From assembly GCA_007123465.1 (NCBI GenBank), contig SKLB01000228.1, forward strand, positions 1-39,999: DNA of 39,999 nt. Direction: 5' to 3'. The first letter of the stretch is position 1. Every line of letters begins with the position of its first letter. Below, in pieces: positions 17,711-25,585 of this stretch. The notes below the pieces were generated by a model. The model was not told the origin of the DNA. It saw nothing but the letters and a program-made list of their open reading frames with translations, and did not search any database. The position numbers and the translations under genes were made by a program. Source of the stretch: Spirochaetales bacterium. GTDB lineage: Bacteria > Spirochaetota > Spirochaetia > DSM-27196 > PWMO01.

Positions 17711-19053
17711 CACTGTTTTCTCCGCGCGCGACGCGGCAGCCGTACGTGTACCGATGAGGCGCGCTCGAGCAGCCCGTCGGCAACCAGGCGGGCGGTGACC
17801 GCCCGGGCACTGTTGCGCGGAAGTCCCCACAATTGTGCCAACTGACGTTGGTGCAGCTCGCGGTCTGAACCGGATAGATGCGTCTGAGCCTCGTGGGCAA
17901 GCGTCTGCAGCGCGTGCGGAGAAACCACACGCGCGTTATCGAGAACCACCGCAAAGCCCAGCCGCTGCAGCGATTCAACCAGCGCGCGCGTGTTGGGATG
18001 ACGGTTGCGAGCCGCGTCGTAACCGGTACGCCCACAGCGTTCAATTTCCTGGCGCAACTGCCGCGCGGCCGGCGGCAGGACCTGATCTCTGGCTACATCG
18101 GCGGGGAAGAAACGCCCGTCACGCTTGACAAGCAGCGTACTGTCTGCGGCAGCCCAGCTGACAAGCGCCATCGAAAACGCGGGACCGCCCACACCGGATA
18201 CCTCGCTGACTACACGCACCGCATCACGGCTACCGATGCCCTCGTGGCGCCTGGCGGCGCGCTGCAGCGCAGCCACACAGCGATCGAGTAACGATGGAGT
18301 GGCCCACCAGCCACCGATGTCAACCGGCGCCGGCTCCTGCTGCTCCAGCCAGCTGCTGCGTTGTTGCGCCGAGCGGCACCCGACAAAACCCCATACTCGG
18401 TAGGTCACCTGCTCGATCGGCAGACCGTCTGCCAGCAGCCCAGCAGCAGCAGACGCTAAGGCATTGACGTCGCCGTGCGCCGGCAGCGCCAGCACAACCG
18501 ATAGACGGCTGCAACGGCGGCCCTGACGCAGTTCATAGTCACAGCCCGGTATCAGCGGCAACGCGCGCGTAAGCTGCAGCAGCGCGTGTCGATTGTCCCA
18601 CGGTCGGATAGCGCTCAACCCAACCTGCAGCGTGTCGGCCACCACAGATGGAACGTCGGGAATCCTGACGCTGCAGGCGCTTCCCGTACCGCTGTGTTGA
18701 AGATTCTGGCAGGAAACCAAAGCCGTTGTGGTGTTGTACTGTTCCTGTGCCGCCGCAAACAGAAGCCCCCCGGGTTTCAGTTCGCGCCGCGTAGCACCCT
18801 TGAGTACCACATCGAAGAAGCGGGAATTGCTCTGCTTACCGCTGTTGCCGCGTCCGCGGACAGTCAGCGCGCGTTTCCCCGGATAGAGCAGCAGTGCTGG
18901 AGGAGGGGCCTCACCGGCTACCGTGGCGCCGAGGCGCAGCGCAACTCCCCTGCCGGGAATCGGGGCCTCGACTTCAGACGTTTCAACCCACCACAGTGGC
19001 GGCGCCACGTACGGTGAGTTGGATTGGTTTGTGAGGGACAAGTCTTGTATCAA
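17710..19053 (-). CDS. SelB-derived protein lacking the GTPase domain
   Basis: EF-Tu domain II-like start and SelB winged-helix-like C-terminus (QLAQLWGLPRNSARAVTARLVADGLLER); no G1-G4 motifs. Start uncertain. Confidence 0.6.
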   Translation of the reverse strand: MIQDLSLTNQSNSPYVAPPLWWVETSEVEAPIPGRGVALRLGATVAGEAPPPALLLYPGKRALTVRGRGNSGKQSNSRFFDVVLKGATRRELKPGGLLFAAAQEQYNTTTALVSCQNLQHSGTGSACSVRIPDVPSVVADTLQVGLSAIRPWDNRHALLQLTRALPLIPGCDYELRQGRRCSRLSVVLALPAHGDVNALASAAAGLLADGLPIEQVTYRVWGFVGCRSAQQRSSWLEQQEPAPVDIGGWWATPSLLDRCVAALQRAARRHEGIGSRDAVRVVSEVSGVGGPAFSMALVSWAAADSTLLVKRDGRFFPADVARDQVLPPAARQLRQEIERCGRTGYDAARNRHPNTRALVESLQRLGFAVVLDNARVVSPHALQTLAHEAQTHLSGSDRELHQRQLAQLWGLPRNSARAVTARLVADGLLERASSVHVRLPRRARRKQ

Positions 19054-19076
19054 TTGTGCGCGGGAAGAATCCCGTG

Positions 19077-19286
19077 TCAGTAGTTCTTCATCGCTTGCAG
19101 CTTGCGCTGCTTCTTCAGGAGCTTACGCTCCATCGACTTGCGCTTTCTGTTTTTGATAGTCGAAGGCTTCTCGAAGTACTCGCGCTTCTTCCACTCGCGA
19201 ATGATCCCTTCCTTCTCTACCATACGCTTGAATCGTTTGATGGCTTTCTCAAGCGGTTCGCTGTCATCAACTCGTATATAGGCGAT
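19077..19286 (-). CDS. rpsU: 30S ribosomal protein S21 (probable ATC start at 19286; alternative ATG at 19292)
   Basis: [33 protein letters not shown]. Confidence 0.97.
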   Translation of the reverse strand: MAYIRVDDSEPLEKAIKRFKRMVEKEGIIREWKKREYFEKPSTIKNRKRKSMERKLLKKQRKLQAMKNY

Positions 19287-19291
19287 TAACA

Positions 19292-20263
19292 TCACCCCCT
19301 TTCCGTATCTGCGGTAGTACTGTGAAGTATTGTACGGAAGATCGCGCGTTTGTCAACCAGAGGCCGCTCCAGAAAAGCTTGCGGATCAACGGGGACCCCG
19401 GCAACGCGGAACTCCCAGTGCAGATGCGGACCGGTTGCCAACCCGGTCATTCCAACAGTACCGATCGGCTGCCCGCGCCGCACCAGTTCACCCTCCGCAA
19501 CGTCAAGCCGGTCCAGATGGTAGTACAGTCCAAATACGCCCGGCAGGTGTTCGATGACCACCGACTTTCCGGTAATTATGCGGTCAGCGGCAAACACAAC
19601 CCTTCCCGCCCCGGAGGCCACTACCGCTGTTCCAGTTGGCGCAGCAAGATCGATGCCGAAGTGGATCGATTGCGCCTCGTTGCCGTCAGCGTAATCGAAA
19701 ACCCGGCGATCACCGTAGTCGGCGCTGACGCGAGCGTTCTCTACCGGAACGATGAATTCACCCTCGTTGTAAACGCGCTGTGGGTTGTGGGTGGCCACCA
19801 GCGCAATGATCTGCCGCGCCTGCTCGAGGCGGCGCGGGTCAGGTGTTTCACGAAGATCGCTCATCGCGCGGTTGAGGGCGATGCGCATCGAGGAAAACTG
19901 CCGCGGTCTGACCGTGATGCTGCGTGTACGCGCTACTTCTTCACCGTGTTCGGTGGACGCGACAACCTCCAGCAGGTACTCATCGGGCGCAAGTGTAGAC
20001 GGAATACCGAGTAACGATACCCAGACCTCAACATCACGAACCGTGGTGGTCCGGTATCCTCCGCCAGCCGTCACACGGTCGCCGTTGGCGCGGTAGAGCG
20101 CCACCCGCAATTGTACTACCTCCACTGCGGCTTGCAGGTGGACAACTAACGGTTTACCGCGCTCGATCTCACTCGGCACGTGCATCTGTATCGCTGCTGC
20201 CGGCTGCGCACACAAGAGTGCCACACCGGCAAGCGCTAGATTCCTGACGCTATTTCGGAACAC
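19292..20263 (-). CDS. M23 family metallopeptidase
   Basis: Signal peptide; HFGID, YYHL and TGPHLHWE motifs. Confidence 0.93.
   Translation of the reverse strand: MFRNSVRNLALAGVALLCAQPAAAIQMHVPSEIERGKPLVVHLQAAVEVVQLRVALYRANGDRVTAGGGYRTTTVRDVEVWVSLLGIPSTLAPDEYLLEVVASTEHGEEVARTRSITVRPRQFSSMRIALNRAMSDLRETPDPRRLEQARQIIALVATHNPQRVYNEGEFIVPVENARVSADYGDRRVFDYADGNEAQSIHFGIDLAAPTGTAVVASGAGRVVFAADRIITGKSVVIEHLPGVFGLYYHLDRLDVAEGELVRRGQPIGTVGMTGLATGPHLHWEFRVAGVPVDPQAFLERPLVDKRAIFRTILHSTTADTERG
19329..19356 (-). promoter_or_regulatory. Internal sigma70 promoter for rpsU inside the M23 gene 3' end
   Basis: TTGACA-16-TACAAT on the minus strand. Confidence 0.72.
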
Positions 20264-20293
20264 GGGTCCTTCTCGGTATGCGGAAATATCGCG

Positions 20294-22441
20294 CTACTCT
20301 GCATTCTCGGTTCCGGTATTGCTTCCGGTTCGGGCAATATCGACCACGCTCAGCTGCGTGTTCTCCCTATTCTGAAAATAGTTCTTTTCCAGACGAAATG
20401 CCACATCCACAACGTCATCGAGGCTGAAATCAACGTTGACGCGCTCCGCAGCATTCCAGAATACCGCCGGCCACTTGAAGCTGCCAACCGACAGGGTCAT
20501 GCGCAGATGCTGCTCCTCGCGCCCCATGAAGTCAAGCCGTGCGAGCCGGGCACGGCGCACCAGGAATACCAGTGGCGCATTCTCCTGACCGTACGGCGCC
20601 AGCGAGTCAACGATATCGTGTAGCGCCGGTGTCATGTGCGTATGCGGAATCTCGGCGTCGATCAGCACGTCCTGATCCTCATCGTGCAGCTGAATTGAGG
20701 CTGCAACGCCGGCGGCGCGCTCCAGGAATCCCGGCACCCGTTCCGAGGGCAGTGCAAAACCGGCGGCCGGATCGTGACCGCCCCACTCGTCGAGCAAGTC
20801 TTCGAACTGCCGCAGAAATTCGGTAGCCAGGAATCCGCGCACGCTGCGAACCGATCCAACGGTCTTGCCGTCTACACTCGTCATCACCATCGCCGGTGCG
20901 CGAAACTGACGGCAGAGCCGGCCGGCGAGGATTCCGGTTATGCCACGGTGCACCTCGTCGTCGTGTACTACTACCAGCTTTCCGCCAAACGTCTCCAGGC
21001 TGACGCGCGCCTGGGGCTGGATACGGGTCCATGCCTGGTCACCTATGTCGCGGCGGCGCACGTTGAGCTGGACAACCTGCTCCACAAGCGCTGCAATCTC
21101 GGCACTGTCCTGCGACAGGAAGAGCCGGACCGCCTTGTCCGGCTCTCCCATGCGGCCGGACGCGTTTATCACCGGCGCCAGCTGGTAGCCGATGTCCTGA
21201 GATGTGATGGTCTTGCCCAGCAGCCCCTGGCGCTCAATCAGCGCCAACAGTCCCGGCCGCGGCGCTTCTCGCATTGCACTAAGCCCCATGTGCACCAGGA
21301 TACGGTTTTCGTCACGCAGCGGCATCATATCGGCGATTGTTCCCAGAGCAATCAGGTCGCTGACCGCACTGTAGGCGGTCTCCAGGGCGGGTACACGTTT
21401 CTGCATGTAGAGCGAAAACAGCGCTACGAACACGTCGATCTCTTCCGGCCGGCGACTGCGGTAGCGCGGCAGCTTTGAGCTTTCCAGCATCTTGAGCAGG
21501 CTGCGCCCTTCGAGCGCCGGGAAGACCTTCCACACCTCCGGGGCGGCATCGAGCAACGCTACGTCCACGCGATTGCCGAAGACACGCCGGATCATGCGCT
21601 CCTGCGCCGCGGCATCGTAGGCGATGACTTCGTGCCCGTGCAGAAACGCGCCAATTCGCGTGTCTTCAATCCCTACCATGCCCGGTACAACCGTCTCGGA
21701 TATGCGGTCGATTTCTACCAGGTTCTCAAGCTTCACGGCATCGATGATGATGGTGTCGTTTCCCGGTCTGACGTTGAGCAGGCAGACGGTCTGTTTGTAG
21801 AGCTCGGTCTGTGCCAGCTGCAGCGCCCAGCGCAGCTTGGCGGCCAGCGCGCAGCCGCACAGGCCGGCAAACGGATAACCGCTATCCGGCATCTTGGGAT
21901 TGACGATTGCCACCGCGGCGGGGATCTCCAGTTGAGGGTTATGATGGTCAATTACGATCACATCGATCCCCAGCTCTGTAGCGCGCGCAACCTCGATGGT
22001 ATTGGTGATTCCGCAGTCAACAGCCACTATCAAGCTGCCGTCAGCGGCAGCAAAGCGCTCGACGGTCTCCACGGTCAGCCCGTAGGGCTCGTCGCCCAGC
22101 GGCAGGGCCCAGCTGACCTCAATAGCCAGCTCGCGTAAAGTCTGTACCAGAATCGATATGCTGGTAATCCCGTCGGCATCGCGGTCTCCGAATACCAGCA
22201 CTTTCTCGCCTTCGGCTTTGGCGGTCAGAATGCGGTCAACTGCGTCTTCCATCTCTTCAAACAGGAACGGATTGTGCAGGTACTGCGGATCTTTCTCGAG
22301 GAAGTAGAGCAGATCCTGCGGCTCGATCAATCCACGGCGCACCAGAATGGCGGCGGGCAGCAACTCGATACGGTGAGTCTGCGACAATTCGCGTACCAGC
22401 TCTGCGTCAACCGGCGGCTTTGTCCACTTCATTGAATTCAT
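20294..22441 (-). CDS. recJ: ssDNA exonuclease RecJ with an internal insert
   Basis: GDRDADG, DCG, DHH, GTIAD, PVINASGR, GSVRS and GGH motifs. Start ATG 22441 (TGATG overlap with pdp) or 22432. Confidence 0.95.
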   Translation of the reverse strand: MNSMKWTKPPVDAELVRELSQTHRIELLPAAILVRRGLIEPQDLLYFLEKDPQYLHNPFLFEEMEDAVDRILTAKAEGEKVLVFGDRDADGITSISILVQTLRELAIEVSWALPLGDEPYGLTVETVERFAAADGSLIVAVDCGITNTIEVARATELGIDVIVIDHHNPQLEIPAAVAIVNPKMPDSGYPFAGLCGCALAAKLRWALQLAQTELYKQTVCLLNVRPGNDTIIIDAVKLENLVEIDRISETVVPGMVGIEDTRIGAFLHGHEVIAYDAAAQERMIRRVFGNRVDVALLDAAPEVWKVFPALEGRSLLKMLESSKLPRYRSRRPEEIDVFVALFSLYMQKRVPALETAYSAVSDLIALGTIADMMPLRDENRILVHMGLSAMREAPRPGLLALIERQGLLGKTITSQDIGYQLAPVINASGRMGEPDKAVRLFLSQDSAEIAALVEQVVQLNVRRRDIGDQAWTRIQPQARVSLETFGGKLVVVHDDEVHRGITGILAGRLCRQFRAPAMVMTSVDGKTVGSVRSVRGFLATEFLRQFEDLLDEWGGHDPAAGFALPSERVPGFLERAAGVAASIQLHDEDQDVLIDAEIPHTHMTPALHDIVDSLAPYGQENAPLVFLVRRARLARLDFMGREEQHLRMTLSVGSFKWPAVFWNAAERVNVDFSLDDVVDVAFRLEKNYFQNRENTQLSVVDIARTGSNTGTENAE

Positions 22442-23781
22442 CAAAGGTTGGTTATCTCTTGCAGAATAACTGGTAACTGCTGCACCGGGGAGGATCCTAC
22501 ACGAAACGCCTGCTCCAGCAACTGCCGAGCGTTTTGCAGCGCCTGCTCGCCGGCAGCGTAGATGGTGCACAGAGCATCACCGCAGCCAACGCGGCTGCCG
22601 CGCTTAGTGTGGATTTCAATACCAACGTGCGGCAGAACGTCATCGTCGGCCTTGTTGCGGCCCACTCCCAGGTAGACCCCCGCCATTCCGACCTTGTAGG
22701 CGTCGATCTGCTCTACATAACCGGCGTCCGCGGCCGTGATCGTGTGGCTTTCGGGGGCGCGCCAGTTCTGATAGCGCCGCTCGAGAACCGCTGGATCGGC
22801 TCCCTGCAATTCAACGTTGCGCACAAAACGGCGCCACGCGCTGCGGTCATCGAGTTTCTGCCCGGCAAGCTCGCACCCCTGCTCAACCGTGGAGCACGTG
22901 CCGCCGAGCACCAGCATCCAGGCGGCGAGTCGCAGCGTCACTTCCATCAGATCCGCCGAGCGCGCATCGGGCTGCAGACCGCGCGAACCCACGCTGCCGT
23001 GCAGGCACGCTATCGATTCTTCAACTTCCAGGAAGTTGCCGACCATGTGCCCCAGCGGCTGTTCCATTGCGGTAAGCACCGCAACCACCCGTTTTCCCAA
23101 CGCATCGCCGGTTTCCACCAGAGACTCCGCGAGCTCTCGCGCCTGCGCGTTGGTCTTCATGAACGCCCCCGAACCGCACTTGACGTCAAACACAAGCGCG
23201 TCCGAGCCTTCGGCAAACTTCTTTGACAGGATGCTGGCGGTAATAAGGGGAACGGATTCAACCGTTCCGGTGACGTCGCGCAGCGCGTAGAGCAGCCGGT
23301 CAGCCGGCACTACATCTGCACTCTGGCCGGTCATCGCGTAGCCCACCTCGCGCAGAACGTCACGAAAGCGGTCCATCGACAGAGCGGTAGTGTAGCCCTC
23401 AATCGACTCGAGCTTGTCGAGCGTACCCCCGGTGTGCCCAAGTGCCCGGCCGCTCATCATCGGCACCGGCACTCCGCAGGCAGCCACCAGCGGGGCCAGG
23501 ATCAGCGATACCTTGTCCCCTACACCGCCGGTGGAGTGTTTGTCGACAAACGGTCCGGCAATACCCGACAGGTCAAAGACGGTGCCGGATTGAATCATGA
23601 CATCGGTAAGATGACCGGTCTCCTCACGCGACATCCCGCAGAAGTACACCGCCATCAGCCACGCGGAGACCTGATACTCCGGAATTGAACCGTCAACGTA
23701 TCCGTTAATCAGATAAGCGATCTCATCCCGGCTGAGTGCCTCGTTATTCCGTTTCTTGACTACCAGATCCACCGCGCGCAT
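22441..23781 (-). CDS. pdp: Pyrimidine-nucleoside/thymidine phosphorylase
   Basis: DKHSTGGVGDK, SGRALGHTGGTLDKLE and ASILSKK motifs; start MRAVDLVVKKR with SD GGAG. Confidence 0.95.
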   Translation of the reverse strand: MRAVDLVVKKRNNEALSRDEIAYLINGYVDGSIPEYQVSAWLMAVYFCGMSREETGHLTDVMIQSGTVFDLSGIAGPFVDKHSTGGVGDKVSLILAPLVAACGVPVPMMSGRALGHTGGTLDKLESIEGYTTALSMDRFRDVLREVGYAMTGQSADVVPADRLLYALRDVTGTVESVPLITASILSKKFAEGSDALVFDVKCGSGAFMKTNAQARELAESLVETGDALGKRVVAVLTAMEQPLGHMVGNFLEVEESIACLHGSVGSRGLQPDARSADLMEVTLRLAAWMLVLGGTCSTVEQGCELAGQKLDDRSAWRRFVRNVELQGADPAVLERRYQNWRAPESHTITAADAGYVEQIDAYKVGMAGVYLGVGRNKADDDVLPHVGIEIHTKRGSRVGCGDALCTIYAAGEQALQNARQLLEQAFRVGSSPVQQLPVILQEITNL

Positions 23782-23799
23782 ACATTCTCCAGGGCCCAG

Positions 23800-23828
23800 A
23801 GAGTAGCACGAATGCCGGACCGTGAGAA
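23800..23828 (-). promoter_or_regulatory. sigma70-type promoter of the pdp-recJ operon
   Basis: TTCTCA-17-TACTCT with extended TGn. Confidence 0.5.
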
Positions 23829-23847
23829 CCGGTCGAGCAAAGCGCCC

Positions 23848-23876
23848 TTGTGCCGGCAGGGCGAACTGCATATGAT
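23848..23876 (+). promoter_or_regulatory. sigma70-type promoter, probably leaderless rnd transcript
   Basis: TTGTGC-17-TATGAT, then 7 nt to ATG 23884. Confidence 0.58.
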
Positions 23877-23883
23877 GCAGCCC

Positions 23884-24735
23884 ATGAACTACCGTATGAT
23901 CACCGGCAATACGCAGCTGCAGGCGCTGCAGCAATCGCTTTCGCAGCGTGATGTTGCGGTTATTGCACTCGATGTGGAAGCCGAGTTCAACCTGCACGTC
24001 TACGGGGAGCGGCTCTGCCTGATTCAACTCTATGACGGAGAACAGCTTAGCGCAGTTGATCCGCTGGAGATCGACCGTCCGCTGCTCAGAGCCTTTTTTG
24101 AGGATCGCGGCGTACTCAAGATCATGTACGACTCGCTGAGCGACCAGTCGCTGCTGTTCAAGACGCTTGAAACGCGGATTCATTCAATCGTCGATCTGAA
24201 GCCCGCGGTTGATCTGCTGCAGTACACCAGGCGCGATCTGGGTTCGGTACTCAACCACGCGTTGGGAATCACTATCGAGAAGAAGTCGCGTTTCCAGCGT
24301 TACAACTGGACCACCCGCCCCCTGGCAGCCGACGCGGTTGAGTACGCCATGTCCGACGTGGCGCATCTTTTTGCGCTCAAGGATCACCTGCTGGCCGAGC
24401 TCAGCGCGGCAGGACTCATCGACGCCTACCTGTTGAAGAATCTGATGCTGCAGAACAAGCCCCCCGATATCAATCGCCGGCCGCGGCTGTTCCGATCGGG
24501 AGAATTCCGCAATCTCTCAGCATCAGCCAGGCAGCGCTTTGAGCGCATTTACGAGATCCGCGACGGTTACGCGCGCGAGGCCGACCTGCCGCCGGATACG
24601 CTGCTTGCCAAGCGACATCTGTTTCAGATTGCCGCCAATCGAATGCCGGCCGCTGCGCTGGAGGTCAACCCGCGAGTACCACGACCCATCCACCGCAAGA
24701 TGGTTGCCGATATCGAAGCGCTGTTGGATCAGTGA
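23884..24735 (+). CDS. rnd: Ribonuclease D-like 3'-5' exonuclease with HRDC domain
   Basis: IALDVE, LCLIQL, NWTTRPL and YAMSDV; HRDC-like IRDGYAREADLPP. Confidence 0.88.
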   Translation: MNYRMITGNTQLQALQQSLSQRDVAVIALDVEAEFNLHVYGERLCLIQLYDGEQLSAVDPLEIDRPLLRAFFEDRGVLKIMYDSLSDQSLLFKTLETRIHSIVDLKPAVDLLQYTRRDLGSVLNHALGITIEKKSRFQRYNWTTRPLAADAVEYAMSDVAHLFALKDHLLAELSAAGLIDAYLLKNLMLQNKPPDINRRPRLFRSGEFRNLSASARQRFERIYEIRDGYAREADLPPDTLLAKRHLFQIAANRMPAAALEVNPRVPRPIHRKMVADIEALLDQ

Positions 24736-24749
24736 TGACCGCGGCACTA

Positions 24750-25502
24750 TCACAGTATCCCGCCGCCGATACGAAGCGTATTGAGCGGCGTCTCGGCCAC
24801 ATCCTGGATTAAACGGTAGAGTACGCTTCGGGCGTTCTGCAGCGCCGCGTCGTCGAGACCGATCTTCAGCGCCGCTGAGAACTCCAGCCGTCCGCTGTAC
24901 TGCAGGTAGTCCGCCGCTGCCCGGCCCAGGGCAGTGACCGTGCCGGGCTGGGCGCAGCTGGCGCAGACGAAACCGGTCTGCCGCGGTTCGTAGTAACGCC
25001 TTGAATCTGCTGCCAACCCGGCTCCGCAGTCGGCGCACACGCCGAGTTCCGGCTGCAGTCCGGCGGTCTCCAGGTAACGCCACAGGAACTGGATACTGAC
25101 CGGGCGGAAATCGGCAGCGCTATCGAGAGCCCGCAGCGCGTCCAACAGCAGCGTAAACAGTCGGTCGCTCTCAGCCCCTCCGCCAAAGGTCTTGAGCACC
25201 AACTCGGCCCACAAAGACGCGCTGTAGAACCGCGTGACCGATTCACGCAGCCCGGAAAAGAAGTCATTCACGCTGAGATCGGTGATCTTGATGCTCTTCT
25301 TGACCGGATCGGTGTAGAGATAACAGTGTCCGTAGCAGAACGGATTGGTAACGCCGCGCAATTTTCCCTTCTGCGAGTAGGCCCCGTGCGCAATTGCGGA
25401 CAGCAGCCCCTGCTGCGGGGTAAGCATGGTCACACCCTTGTGGATATCCCCGATACGCGAGTTCTTCAAAATAATGACGTCGGTTGCACTGTTACGGTTC
25501 AT
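24750..25502 (-). CDS. recO: DNA repair protein RecO
   Basis: OB-fold N-terminus (IILK...LTPQQG...AHGA), GLQPELGVCADCG and CASC Zn finger. Confidence 0.93.
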   Translation of the reverse strand: MNRNSATDVIILKNSRIGDIHKGVTMLTPQQGLLSAIAHGAYSQKGKLRGVTNPFCYGHCYLYTDPVKKSIKITDLSVNDFFSGLRESVTRFYSASLWAELVLKTFGGGAESDRLFTLLLDALRALDSAADFRPVSIQFLWRYLETAGLQPELGVCADCGAGLAADSRRYYEPRQTGFVCASCAQPGTVTALGRAAADYLQYSGRLEFSAALKIGLDDAALQNARSVLYRLIQDVAETPLNTLRIGGGIL

Positions 25503-25516
25503 TGTCGGTTTGCCGC

Positions 25517-25552
25517 TTGACTGCACTTACAGGCCATAGTCATATTATACCA
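25517..25552. promoter_or_regulatory. Overlapping divergent recO/lon promoter elements
   Basis: Minus strand: extended -10 TGGTATAAT (25544-25552). Plus strand: TTGACT-18-CATATT (25517-25546). Confidence 0.45.
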
Positions 25553-25585
25553 AGTACACAGCTATCTAGCTCACAAGGTGAAACA

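Noticed and set aside
22442..22570. N-terminal extension of recJ
   Set aside because: It lies within pdp. The TGATG junction at 22441 is the more plausible start.
23782..24183. N-terminal extension of pdp in the ORF track (580 aa)
   Set aside because: It overlaps rnd on the other strand. The true start has an SD and promoter at 23781.
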